64,000 bases of DNA from the human T2T-CHM13v2.0 reference genome, Homo sapiens: assembly GCF_009914755.1 (NCBI RefSeq), contig NC_060940.1; one strand, given 5' to 3'. The translations under genes and the position numbers were made by a program. The notes under the pieces were generated by a model. It worked only from the letters and a program-made list of their open reading frames with translations, ran no database searches and was not told the origin of the DNA. Within the stretch, counting starts at the first letter, position 1, and each line of letters starts with the position of its first letter. Shown piece by piece: positions 14,081 to 26,848 of this stretch.

Positions 14081-14436
14081 CACTATCGTCTGAATGTATG
14101 TGTCTCCTCAAAATGTATATATTGAAATTCTAAACTCTAAGGTGATACTTCTAGGAGGAGGGGCCCTTGGAGATGATTAGGTCAAGAGGGTGGAAACTTC
14201 ATGATTAGCACTAGTACCATTATAAAAGAGCCCAGAGAGCTAGCTAGCTCCTTTTACCATGTGAGGACAAAGCAAGAAGGTCTCATCTATGAGACAGTGG
14301 GCCCTATCCAGACACTGAATCAGCTGGTATGTTGATCTTGGCCACATTTCTGTCTCCAGAACTATGAGAAATAAATTTCTGTTGCTTATACCTAGTCTGT
14401 GGTATTTTGTTACGACAGCCCAAATGAAGTAAGGCA
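14081..14436 (+). mobile_element. MLT1A-type MaLR solo LTR
   Basis: ctgaatgtatgtgtctcctcaaaat...ccagaactatgagaaataaatttctgttg...taaggca; TSD-like (T/C)CTGG. Confidence 0.85.
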
Positions 14437-16008
14437 CCTGGATATCTGGAATGGATAAAAATACCAACTCAGTCTAGCCACACTGTTTTGAAACTGGGGA
14501 GCTATAATATTGGGAACTTTCTTTGTTATGTCCGTGAGTAAAGGGGAAATAAATACTTCAGTAAATTTGATGATAGAGGGCACAGAGCATGCAGAAAGAT
14601 TATGATAGGGAGAGAAGTATGATGATGGTTTTGTCCACAGATCCAGGTTTTCCTAAAATTAAACTGCAATGTTGCCATTAGGCTCTTGGAGAGATTTTAT
14701 TACCTTTACAGAAAACTCCTTAATTATTTATTTTAAAATATTCTGGGTTTATTGTTTTGAAATCTAAATCTACTGTGGTATTGAATAAGACAGACTAGCT
14801 AGTGTATATAATTTCCCATTATTCCTTATTGCAATTCAGCCATTGTGTTCTAAATAAGTCTCTTATTAGAGAAGTTTAATTTGGGTTTCTCTTATTTTAA
14901 CTCCAAAGAGAGTTAACTAGTATTTAGTGACACATAGTATATACTTATCTAATATTTGAAAAATACTGACTGATGGAATAAAATCAAGGATTGATATTCT
15001 GACACTTTGGGCCACATGTTCTGAGTTTTAAAGGAGAGAATAGGTAAAATTTTAAGAAATAAGAATAACGAGAAGAGTACTTCAAATGAAAGGATTCCAT
15101 CAGTCCAAGTAAGAAACAGAAAGACATCAGGCATGGCAGGGAACAAAGGCAATTTAGATGAAGGGTGATATTAAGATAAAAACATGATAGGATATAGGAA
15201 TACATAAGTGTTTGAGGTTTAGGTTTAGGAGGGAAGGGAAAGCATGGGATGCTTTATGGGTTTGGGAGTGAAGGAATCACATCTGTATTTTAGGACTGTT
15301 TGGGATTCTACATTTAATATGGTAACAGGAACAGAGAGTAAAGATGCCAATACTAATTAAGATGCCAATACTAGTTGAATAGCTTAGTTATAAACTGTCC
15401 AAGTTTTGAGCTAGCAATGGAAAATTAGATGAATAAGTTTATTTAAGCAAAGCAGAGAGATGTGGTGACTGGAAGTGGAGAGAAAGGGAGAGTAGACTCA
15501 AAGAGGACTCCGGAGCCTTTTTTACTTGTTTTTTTTCCTCCAGAACTTTTTCATCCTGCATAGTTTCATAACTGAAACTGTACACTTTGAACAACATCTC
15601 TCCATTTCCACAACCCCAGCCCCAGAAACCAGCATTCTACTCTCTACTGTTGGGACTTTGACGTTTTGAGATTCCACATATAAGTGATGTCACGCATATT
15701 TGTCTTTCTGTGCCTGACTTATTGCATGTAGCATAATGTCTTCCAGGTTCATTCATGTTATTGCAAATGACAGGATTTCCTTCATTTTTAAGGCAGAATT
15801 ATATTTATATATATGTTTGTATATGTTTTTGTGTATTATATTTTCTTTATTCTCACATCTATTGACATTTATGTTGAATCAATATCTTGACTATTGTGAA
15901 TAATCATACAATGACATGTGGGTGCAGATATCTCTTTGACGTACTGATTTCATTTCCTTGGATGTATACCAAGAAGTGAGATTGTTGAATCTTATGGTAG
16001 TTCCTTGC

Positions 16009-16358
16009 TTTCTTTTCTTTTCTTTTCTTTTTTCTTTCTTTCTTTTTTTTTTTTTTTTTTGTTTTTTGTTTTTGAGACAGGGTCTCACTCTGTCGCCCAG
16101 ACTGGATGCAGTGGTGTGATCAAGGCTCACTGCAGCTTCAACCTCCCCAGGCTCAGGTGATCTTCCCATTTCTGCCTCCTGAGTAGCTGGGACTACAGGC
16201 GTCTGCCGTCATGCTTGGCTAATTGCTCTGTTTTTTTTGTAGAGATGAAGTTTCACCATGTTACCCAGGCTGGGCTCAAACTCCTGTGTTCAAGCAATCC
16301 ATTAGCCTCTGCCTCCCTAAGTGTTGGGAATGACAGGTGTGAGCCATTGCACCCGGCT
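16009..16358 (-). mobile_element. AluJ
   Basis: J-type diagnostics (gagacagggtctc, gctcactgcagcttcaacctcc); long T-rich tail. Confidence 0.9.
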
Positions 16359-17012
16359 TAGTTTTTTTTTGGTTGTTGTTGTTGTTGTTGTTGTTGTTTT
16401 GAGAAACCTCCATACTGTTCTCCACACAGTTTTCATACTGTGTGAGCCACTGCACCCAGTGTATTAATTTTTTGAGAAACCTCCCTACTGTTTTCCATAA
16501 TGACTATGCCAATTTACATTCCTAACAACAATGTACAGTGAAAAAACAGTGTTCATTTCTCTCCACATCCTTGTCAACACTAGTTATCTTTGTCCTTCTG
16601 ATAATATCCATTCGAGTAAGTACAAGATGATACTTCACTGTGGTTTTGATTTGCATTTCCCTGATGATTAGTGATGTGCATATTTTCTTTTGGAAAATAC
16701 TGATTCAGATTCTTTGTCCATTTATAATCAGGTTATATGTTTTCTAGCCATTGAGTTGCTTGAGTTCATGACACATTTTGAATATTAATCCCTTATACAA
16801 TATGTATGGTTTGAAATACTTTTTTCCCATTCCATAGGTTGTCTCTTCACTTTGTTGATAGTTTTCTTCACTGTAAAGAAGCTGTTTGGTTTGATGTCAA
16901 TCCATTTGTTTATTTTTGCTTTTGTTTTCTGTGCTTTGGGGATCATATTCAAAAAATCATTGCCCAAACTCATGTCAAAAGCTTTTTCCCTGAGTTTACT
17001 TCTAGTACTTTG

Positions 17013-17239
17013 CAGGGGTGTCTAAACTTTTGGCTCCCCTGGGTCACATTGGAAGAAGAAGAATTGTCTTGGGCCACACGTAAAATACACTAACACTAAC
17101 AATAGCTGATTAACTAAAAAAAAAAAATGGCAAAAAAATCTCATAATGTTTTAAGACAGTTTACCCATTTGTGTTGGGTCACATCCAAAGCCGTCCTGGG
17201 CCACAAGCAGCCCACAACCCGCGAGGTTGGACAGACTTG
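17013..17239 (+). mobile_element. MER30 hAT MITE inserted in L1
   Basis: caggggtgtctaaacttttggc...ggaagaagaagaattgtcttgggccac...ggttggacagacttg; L1 continues on both sides. Confidence 0.9.
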
Positions 17240-18797
17240 TTTCATAGTTTCAGGTCTTACATTTAAGGCTTTAATTCATTTTATTTTTGTATACGGTATT
17301 AGATAAAGGCCCAATTTTATTCTTCTGCATGTGGATATTCAGTTTCCCTAACAACACTTACTAAACAAACTGTCTTTTCCTCATTAATATTCTTGGCATC
17401 TTTGTTGAAGATCAATTAATTATAAATGCATGGATTTGTTTCTGGGCTTTCTGTTCTGTTCCATTGCTCCATGTGTCTGTTTTTATATCAGTACCATGCT
17501 ATTTAGATTACTGTAGTTTTGTGATATATTTTGACATTGGAGAGTGGGATACTTCCAGCTTTGTTCTTCCAGCTCAAGATTGCTTTGGTTATTCTGGGTC
17601 TTTTGTGTTTTCATATACATTTTAATATTTTTTTCTATTTCTGTGAAAAAGTCATTTGGAATTTTGGTAGAGATTGCATTGAATAGGTAGATTGCTTTGA
17701 GTAGTAAATCCATTTAAAAAATATTAAGTCTTCCAATCCATAAACACAAAATATGTTTCCATTTACTTGTGTCTTTAATTTCTTTCATCAGTGTTTTGTA
17801 CTCTTCAGTGTATAGATCATTCACTTTGTTAAACTTATTTCTAACTATTTTAATTTGTGTTTATTCTGTCCTAAATAAAATCTTTCTTAAAACTTTTTGA
17901 ATAGTTTGTTGTTAATGTATAGCAGTGCAACTAATTTTTGCATGTTGATTCTGTATTCTACAACTTTACCGAATTTGTTTTAGCAGCTTTTGGTAAAGTC
18001 TTTAGGATCATCTACATATAAGATCATTTCATCTGCAAACAGAGACTATTGTACTTCTTCCTTTCAAATGTGGATGTCAGAGGATTCTAGAGTCACATGG
18101 ACAAAATAGTTATTCCATAGGGCAAATTTCAGAAGTCAAAGCAAAAGCTATTTTTGAAGAAATGCATGTATGTTGTAAGTTCCATTTTAGACACCTTAAG
18201 TTGAGATATCAGAATGGAGGTGATTAGTAGGCAGAAGGAATGTATAAAAGATGTTAAATAAGGAGTTACTGCAATATAAAATGATAATTAAAAATCTGGC
18301 ATTAAGTCAGTTAGAGAGCTATTAATTATTCTATTATTTCCAAATGTAAACCTAGTACCTTTCTACAGGACACATCTTAGAATTGAATATACTTATTTCA
18401 TTTACATTTACTTTTAGTGATATATGATATGTTAAATCCAAAATTCTTCTCACTATAACAAAGTGATTCATTGCTGAAATTATAAAAAGCCTAATTCTGT
18501 TCTTTAGGAGGTAAATTTATGCCTCTGGGAGAAGACATTTTTAGAGGGGTTCTCTACAAACATTTGCTGAATAAATGAACAATATTAGAACTATAGGAGA
18601 GGAGAGAACATGTTGCATATTGTGTAACTCAGATCTAACACACAGCTGACGTTTGAGACATGCTTACCATTAAATATATTCTTCCATCAAATCGTGAGTC
18701 TCAAGCTTACCTAAGGCCAGACCATGACAAATAAGTGCTGCCAACAGGTTAATGATTTGAGATCTGAAGTGGGAAAACACATATATAACGGGCCAAC

Positions 18798-19346
18798 TTT
18801 TCTTCCCTCTTTTCCTCCCTCCCTCCCTCCCTACTTCTTCCTTTTCTCCTTCCCTTATTTTTCTTCCTTCCTTCCCTCCTTCCTTCCCTCCTTCCCTCCC
18901 TCCTTCCTTCCCTCCTTCCTTCCTTCCCTCCTTCCTTCCCTTCTTCCTTCCCTCCCTCCTTCCTTCCCTCCTTCCTTCCCTCCTTCCTTCCCTCCCTCCT
19001 TCCTTCCCTCCTTCCTTCCCTCCTTCCTTCCCTCCCTCCTTCCTTCCCTCCTTCCTTCCCTCCTACCTTCCCTCCTTCCTTCCCTCCTTCCTTCCCTCCT
19101 TCCTTCCTTCCTTCCCTCCTTCCTTCCTTCCTTCCCTCCTTCCTTCCTTCCTTCCCTCCTTCCTTCCCTCCCTCCTTCCTTCCCTCCTTCCCTCCTTCCT
19201 TCCCTCCTTCCTTCCTTCCCTCCTTCCTTCCTTCCTTCCTTCCTTCCTTCCTTCCTTCCTTCCTTCCCTCCTTCCTTCCTTCCCTCCCTCCTTCCTTCCC
19301 TCCCTCCTTCCTTCCCTCCCTCCTTCCCTCCCTCCTTCCTTCCCTC
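18798..19346. repeat. (CCTT/CCCT)n polypyrimidine tract, (GGAA)n on minus strand, ~550 bp
   Basis: Directly visible; longest pure run ~11 TCCT units at 19221-19264. Confidence 0.97.
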
Positions 19347-19717
19347 ATCCACATAAAAGTTTTTGTAAAAATATGCAAAAATTCTTACATCTACTGGTTA
19401 AGCTGATAGAGGAGGAAGTGATTTTCATTGTAAGACTATCTGAGTTTTAAGATTAAAAAATATGTTTGGTGGCCTAATCGTTCCAGTACTGGGGCATTTC
19501 CTATCTGCAGATGCAGAGGGAAGAAATCTGTGCTCTTTTTGTGGTATTTATTTTATTTTTTCCTTCAACTCTCACCTATTAAGGATTATTATGTTATTAA
19601 GTTATTTATTAGTCATTGAAGAATAGATTGCCTCACAATCTGGTAAGAGAAAAATGAAAATATAAATTAATAATGAGACAGTATAATGGGTATCAAAATG
19701 GAAGATTCCACTGTAGT

Positions 19718-19860
19718 CACCAGGCTCACCCCTAAAATGTTTGAGGCCTGAGGCAAGTGTACACATGGAGGCCTATCTACCTTATTTCTAAATATTTAAG
19801 AGTAATAAGTATAGTTAACAACTGTTCAATAAAATATTGAATCTTGATTAAATACATAGT
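19718..19860 (+). mobile_element. Possible hAT-Tip100-type DNA transposon end (MER115/Zaphod-like)
   Basis: ...gaggcaagtgtacacatggaggcc...ctaaatatttaagagt...aataaaatat resembles recalled consensus; weak match. Confidence 0.35.
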
Positions 19861-20561
19861 CATAGCAAAAACAGAATGAATACTTGCTAACTTGTTCCTT
19901 TTTCTCCCTCAACCTTCTCTTCTAATTTCTTAAGAAATCCACAGAACAAAATTCTACTTTATTTTCCTCTTTATTTTTTGGAGGGGTAGGTAGAAGTTAA
20001 TTTCTCCCCCTGTCCAGGGTAAGCTCACAGTGCTCCCTCCTCCATTTTTGCTGGGTTTCTTCTTCCCTGGCCAAGTTCAAATGAATACACATTTGTAAGG
20101 GACTCACAGCCCATATTCGCCTTGGGAACCTGAGACTCAAAAGCCAGGTTTAGATTTAGAATTCTCAACTTATTGGCACAAAAGAAGCAGATAATTGGCC
20201 TACACCCTTTCTGTTCGCCTGTCTAGCCTCATCTCAATTCTCTGTGGTCTCTCACACATCAATTTAAAACCAGGAGCACACTTGGAAACTCTAACCACAA
20301 CCCCCTACTCTGACTACAAGAAGTTCCCTCCGAAGGGCAAACTTTGAGAAAATCGTCAGCATAGGTCTCAGATGTACATTTCTGGCCATTTGGGGGTGGA
20401 ATTCTGGAGCTTCTGAACTGTGGTCTGGAAGAGAAGGGTACATGGGCTCCAGTTATAAATATCCCCTAAGCCATCAGATTCTTCCCTTAAAGAGGAAAGG
20501 CACTCATGCTTCCTCTGATGCCAGGGTCTTTGATGCCAGGGTCCTGGCCAAAGGTGAAGGC

Positions 20562-20775
20562 ATTGCAGTGCAATACAGAAGCCACTAGCTACACCTGGCT
20601 ATTTCAATTTTAATTGTAATTGATTAAATATGAATAAAATTTAACATTTAGTTATTCAGTCTCACTAGCCACATTTCAAGTGCTCAATAGATACAAATGG
20701 CCAATAGCTACCACTGTGGTCAGTGCAGATGTAGAACACCTTTCTCACTGAACAAAGTTCCTTTGGATAGCATTG
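20562..20775. mobile_element. MER3-like hAT MITE
   Basis: gccactagctacacctggcta...ctagccacatttcaagtgctcaatag...tggatagcattg. Confidence 0.75.
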
Positions 20776-21372
20776 AAGTAGGCAAATCTCCAGCAGCTTG
20801 GTTTGACAGCCATGCTACTGAAACACATTTACTCAAATAAAGTAGAATTCCATCTTCACAGATTATCGGTTTAGAACAAGTTATCATACTAAAGAGAATT
20901 GAGAAAAAAGGTGACAAAGCACATTAGGATATAGGAGGAATTTTATAATTTATCTAATGTCGGAACTTTGTCTTTATAGAAAATAAAGACCATATCTTAT
21001 TTTACTTTAGTACTATTCAAATCTAGCTCTGTTCAAGTACAATGATATATATGAGAATGGCAGGTTTATGCCCCTTAAAGAAAAAAAATAGAGAGAATGT
21101 GGCTGTTTCAAGGAATAAAACGGAGGCAGAGGGGCATTGCTATGGGCTTAAAGTATAACTCTCTTCCTTGAAACTATTCAGCCACTTCCTCTTTTATTAG
21201 GGTGAATATTAAAATCCAAACAGCTAAGATTGAGAGTGAGCTCCTATTTTAAGAGGTTGTGTGTAATCTGATCCTAATTTACCTCTCATGGGTAATTGCT
21301 GGCTTTTCTGTCTCTTTCCCAGTTACTCTTCATTTCTTTCAGTACCTCAGAGTGTGATACTCTCTTGATCTC

Positions 21373-22150
21373 TGTAATAGTTGATATTATATGTCAACTT
21401 GTCTAGGCTATGATTCTTAGTTGTCTGGCCAAACACTAGTCTAGATGCTGCTATGAAGATGTTGTTTAGATGTGATTAACATTTATAATCAGATTACCCT
21501 TCATAATGTTAGCCATTTGATCAGTTGAAGCCCTTAAGAGCAAAGAAAGGGATTGCCCAATGAAGAAGGAATTTTCAAGACTGCAACATTAATTTTCATC
21601 TGAATTTCCAGCCCACTGAGCTGACCTACAGGTTTGAGATTTGCCAGCCCTCATAACACTCACACAATCAAGTGATCAAGTTAGCCAATTAATTAAAATC
21701 AATCTCTCTCTCTCCTCTCTCTCTATACACACACACACCTATACATATAAACATATATGTATATATGCACATACATGTATATTCATGTATACATACATGT
21801 ATGTATATATACATATTATATATTATTGTGTGATATTTTATATATGTATACAATAATATGCATATGTACATATGTACACACATATATACACTTACACATA
21901 TATGCACGTATATATATCTGCATATATATACATATACATATTGTATACACATATATAAAATAAACATGCATATATACACATGTGTATATACAAATAAACA
22001 TATACATATTATTGTATACACATGTTAATGTACATGTGTGTATATATACACATGTATATATGTGTAAATATTAAATATATGTTGTATGTTTACATGTATA
22101 TGTGATCTCCTGTTGGTTCTGTTTCTGTAGAATAGAAAGCCCCAATGCAA
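21373..22150 (+). mobile_element. MLT2 (ERVL) solo LTR with expanded internal (TA/CA)n tract (~21705-22105)
   Basis: tgtaatagttgatattatatgtcaacttg...gatgtgattaacatttataatcag...ctcctgttggttctgtttct. Confidence 0.85.
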
Positions 22151-22159
22151 TGTCTTTAT

Positions 22160-22525
22160 CTGCGTTTTCCCATCATCCCATCATATTCTCACCACCATAA
22201 CCTCTCCCCACACTCTCAATTTGTCTAACTCCTATTCATCTTTGTATCTTTCTTTTGAAGTCATTTTGTCTGGGAAGCATTTCATGATTGTTAAGATGGT
22301 TCAAAAGGTAACTTTCTTAGTGTTCCCAAAGTATTCCCAAAGTTCATTACCCTAATCCTTCCAATGTGGCTGTTTAATTACTACAAGTTATCAGAAGGCA
22401 ATTTTTTTTTTTTTTTTGCGGGGAAGGGTGTTTTTTCACAAGACCTGGAACAAAATAGATATTCAGTAAATGTGTGCTGAGAAAATGAGTTAATTAATAA
22501 CTAAATGAATAAGTAAGTAAGGAAT
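22160..22525 (+). mobile_element. L2 3' fragment
   Basis: ...acctggaacaaaatagatattcagtaaatgtgtgctga...aatgaataa. Confidence 0.5.
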
Positions 22526-22669
22526 GATAAAATGGTAGGATAAGAAATACAGACAAAAAAATCAAGGGGAAACGATTTTCTAGAATATTAGAAAGCTGAA
22601 TTTGTGGAAGGAGATCAATCAAAGACATAAAGACATAACCATAGATAATTCCAGTGAGATGGGAAAATA

Positions 22670-22960
22670 CTAATTGTTATGATTATCATCACCGGATGCC
22701 TACTGTGTCCTTGATATGTGCAGACATAATTTAAAGCACTTAGTCACTTCATTGCATCTTCGTAACTACTTCATAAAATACATGTTATGATGATCTCAAA
22801 CTAGTGATTTTCCAAACAGTTGACAAACCTGAAACATAGAAACATAGAAATCATGCACACTCGGCGCAAGCTCACACAGCTAATAGGTAACAAAGACAAG
22901 ATTTAGTCAGATCAGACTGGTTCCAGTGCCTGGGCTTACAATCCCTTCATAATATTGCTT
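22670..22960 (-). mobile_element. MIR
   Basis: tgcctactgtgtc...gctcacacagctaatagg...ttccagtgcctgggctt. Confidence 0.55.
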
Positions 22961-23688
22961 CCAGACCCCTTGAAAGAAATATAATCTTTGAGGAGAACTG
23001 AATTCCACATTGTCTTTGCCTTCAAGCATAGCACTTGAACTTGTTTTTAATGTATTATGTTAAGCTTTAAATTGCGGATAACATTTCTTTTCCAACCAGT
23101 TTTCCATCAGTAAAGCTTGCCTCTGATTCTATAATCATTACCATCCATTATAGTCATGTACATGTGAGCTTCCCTAAACAAGTCAAAGCATTCAGAAAAC
23201 GAGTTTTCTCAGGTACTGCAGGAGGAAATGACTGTTTACCAGGAAATCATTATCCGTATGAAATGGACTGAAAGTGGATGTTATTTAGCATGAAATCATG
23301 TAGAATGACCCTGAAAGATTTTAAAAAGTAATCAGGAACATTGCATCTGCTCCCACCGATTCATAATAACTGGGAGTTCACCTTTCCAAACAAGAAGACA
23401 GATTCTGGATTTATAATATTTTTCCACAGCACATAGAGTTCTAACAGATTTGTGACCATGAACTAACCTAAAATGAATAGAACCATGGTCAGGTTTAGGA
23501 GTTTTTCACAGCTTTAAAAGAAATTTTAACATGACATGACTTCTTGAAGAAATAAGAAATGGCTGTCAGGAAACATTAGATATGAAAGTAATTTGATAGA
23601 TGCATTGCATGTATAATAGAAAATACCTTCATTATCAACTATGAATGAAATAGAAATAAAATCTATTGCTAAAAGCTCATCAATTTTT

Positions 23689-23965
23689 GGCCAGGCCTGG
23701 TAGCTCACTCCTATAGTTCCAGTGTTTGGGAGGCCAAGGCAGGAGGACCACTTGAGGCCAGGAATTCTAGACCAGCCAGGACAACATAGTGAGACCTTGT
23801 CTCTACCAAAAAATTTTTTAAAAATTAGCCAGGTGTGGTGGCATGTGCTTTTAGTCCTACCTATCTGGGGGGCTGAGGTTGGGAGGATCACTTGAATCCA
23901 GGAGTTGGAGACTGCAGTCAGCTGATTGCACTCCCGCCTGTCTCTAATACAAAATAAATAAATAA
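23689..23965 (+). mobile_element. AluJ (right arm partly deleted)
   Basis: ggccaggcctggtagctcac...aacatagtgagaccttgtctc...(AAAT)n tail. Confidence 0.88.
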
Positions 23966-25853
23966 TATGTTTCGGTGACCTCATTCACTGTATCTAGATC
24001 TTCTGTTTCTTTGATTCCATAAAATCCATGTTGAGTATACAGGGTTGTCAGCAGCTGATTGATCATGTCAGGGACTCTGAGGGCCAGGGAGGGACACACT
24101 TAGCTCTCCTGTGTTGGCTCCTGCTTTGTGTTGCAGCTTGCTTTTGATATTCTTGCTGAAACAAATTGAAACTTAATCCAATGCTAAAATGGCTGTGTGC
24201 ATATTGCATTCAAAAAAATGTTAAGAAAGCACAGCTCTGCATGGTGCAGGGACTAACCTGTATCACCACAAAATTCCACAGATGTCAGCGCATCCATTTT
24301 CTATTTAAGCAGGAAGCTGTTGTATACTTCACAATATGTGGTATTTATTCTTCACTTATCTGTGCAATGACAAATCTGATCCATTATGCAGATTTAAAAG
24401 GTTTAGTAGATTCTTATGAATTTTCAGGAGAGTTTAAGTAGTGTCTCACTTTCCTAAACTCCAAAAGGATATCATATTGCACACTTCATAGGAACATGAT
24501 AAGAATTAGAATGAGAAAATGTCGGCTTATTATAAGTATTATCATCTCAATATTCTTAATTATATTTCAGTGTCTTTTAAAAAACCCTTAAAAATATTGC
24601 CAGTTTGTTAATCTATCACTATGTCTCAATACTGTACATAATTTGAGTCAAAACAGAATTTACATAGAAATATTTACATGACTTTTGTATTTACATTCAT
24701 TTTGTACCAGACCACAAGGGTGTCACCCATGTGCTCACCTTTTGTTTTACACATTTTGTTTATACACCTTTTGTTTTACATCCCTGCATTCTAAGCCAAA
24801 ACCAAAACAAAAGAGCAAAATTTACCTTTTGGAGTCCGTTATTCAATGATATGCAAAGTGATTTAGTGATTTTTGTTATCAGATTCAAGCAGGCCCTAGT
24901 CAGCTATTTTGACATTCACATTCCAGCCACATTTTCGAATTTTCAATAAATGCAAAAATGTTCTATGGTGTATTTTAATTCTCCAAATGGATTCAAAAAT
25001 GGATGTCTTTCCTGCAAAAGTGTTATTGAAATATATTTGAAAGTCCCTAATGCCATTAATATGACCTAACTTAGCATGAATAAAAGCTTTCCCTTAGTAA
25101 AAATGGAGCCACTATGGACAATTACTCTAGCAATGATCTCAGCAAGAAAGATATTTAATTATGTTAACAAAGGATATTTATTTTCCCTTGTTCCCCCCAA
25201 CTTTTTTTTTAAACTGCTTCGCCATTTGGTTCACAGAAGTAGTTTGTTTCCTCACACCCCGCCTTGGAAATCATTATTATTAACTGCTATAGATCAGTTT
25301 AGTGGGATCCACTCAGCTATTCTTATAGTCTCAAATGACCTTTATTAAATTTTAATTTTAGCTAAAACTTCTAATTTTTCCATGACTCAAGAACAAATTC
25401 ACTAAGCGAACAAGTCAGAAATGCAGGTTCTGTCGCTGTTTTTGACTTTTCAAACCAATCATAGAAAATAAACTATGGCCTGGGGGTAATACGATTTTCA
25501 TTCTGAGTTTTTATTTATGTGTTCTTAACTGGAAAATGTCAGAGCCCTTTTTATACATTCGGGGTCTTCTGTCAGGGCCATTAATGAGCACCATGTGCCA
25601 GTGCTGAATTCTGAAGCTGAAAGTGGCACTTTTTTTTAAAACTGAGACTGATATTATCCTACTTAGATAAATTCCTATGTGTTTATTTATTTATTATATT
25701 TTGTAATTTTGGTCGTTTTCAAGCATCAGATATACGTACGGGAATGAGAAGCTCAATCCAGAGCAAATACATGCAGTAAAGTTTGTCTCTGAGATTCTAT
25801 TCCACCAATGTTGCAGTTGAAAACAGGTGAACAGCCTGGGTAATACAATAAAG

Positions 25854-26192
25854 CAGCGGTCCTCAACCTTTTCGTGGAAGACAATTTTTCCACCGTGCGG
25901 GGCGGGGGCGGGGCCATAATGGATAGTTTCGGAATGAAACTGTTCCACCTCAGATCACCAGGCATTAGATTCTCATAAAGAGCGGACAACCCAGATCCCT
26001 CGCATGCACAGTTCACAACAGGGTTTGCCCTCCTATGAGAATCTAATTCTGTAGCTGATCTGTCATGAGGCGGAGCTCAAACGGTAATGCTCCCTTGCCC
26101 GAGGCTCTTCACCTCGTGCTGTATGGCCGAGTTCCTAAAAGTCCACGGACCGGTATTGGGCCACCGCAAGGGAGTTGGGGATGCCATGCCTG
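25854..26192 (+). mobile_element. MER1B hAT-Charlie MITE
   Basis: cagcggtcctcaaccttt...gaaactgttccacctcagatc...ttgggga..cctg; 8-bp TSD CA(A/T)TAAAG at 25846-25853 and 26193-26200. Confidence 0.92.
25899..25913 (+). promoter_or_regulatory. Tandem GC boxes (GGGGCGGGGGCGGGG), Sp/KLF-type motif inside CpG-rich MER1B
   Basis: Motif seen directly; function inferred only. Confidence 0.35.
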
Positions 26193-26666
26193 CATTAAAG
26201 GACTTTCCGAGGGTATTTGCGTGATTATCTGCAGCTTAGGCTTGCCTAAATACCAAATCATCCTTGTATAAAAGAAATCAAGGAGCAACTGAATTTTGCA
26301 GATGTCAGCAAGAATATTCCCCTATGCAAACAGGCAGGTGTGCAGATTGCCTATATTTCTAGGTGGAGAGCAGTAAAAGGCTCAACTGTATGTTGCATTT
26401 TCAGTGAGATTTGAATTCCCATGAGGAACCCAAAGACCAAGAAAGCGAAGAGCTGATAAGTGATAGTGGTTAAGATGCCTTTAAGAAAACTGTCTCTGGG
26501 ACTGCTATTTGAACTACTGACATTGATGACTTTGAGTGGTAAAAACGCTTATAGGTGCATCTCCTTTCTAACCGAAGTATTAGTGTTTAAACTCTCAAGA
26601 AGAAACGATTGTTTATTTCAATATATCTACATGTACATTTTGCCACAGAGATTATTTTGACTATGT

Positions 26667-26848
26667 AGCTGGATATGGTGGCACGTGCCTGTAATCCCAA
26701 CTACTCAGGAGACTGAGGTGGGAGGATTGCCTGAACCCAGGAGGTCAAGGCTGCAGTGAGCCATATTCACACCACTGCACCCCAGCCTAGCCGACAGAGT
26801 GAGATTCTGTCTCAAAAAACAAACAAACAAACAAACAAACAAACAAAA
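26667..26848 (+). mobile_element. Alu right monomer (FRAM / 5'-truncated AluJ) with (AAAC)n tail
   Basis: agctggatatggtggcacgtgcctgtaatccc...gtctcaaaaaac(aaac)n. Confidence 0.85.

Larger units (their letters stand above)
15518..18078 (-). mobile_element. L1MA/L1MB-type 3' half (ORF2 end + 3'UTR), carrying nested AluJ and MER30
   Basis: Antisense ORF2 remnants (ORF 17483-17713 LLKAIYLFNAISTKIPNDFFTEIEK; ORF 16785-16973 ...KRQPMEWEK); degraded TSD AGAGGA(C/T)TC..GAG.C at 15502-15517 and 18079-18094. Confidence 0.88.

Noticed and set aside
18724-19378. 165-210-aa low-complexity ORFs (PSFL / GRKE repeats)
   Set aside because: Translations of the (CCTT)n tract
21641-22021. Y/I/C/H-rich ORFs
   Set aside because: Translations of the (TA/CA)n tract in an MLT2 LTR
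23526-23984. 152-aa ORF, and similar ORFs at 27368, 37573 and 3430
   Set aside because: Alu-derived reading frames
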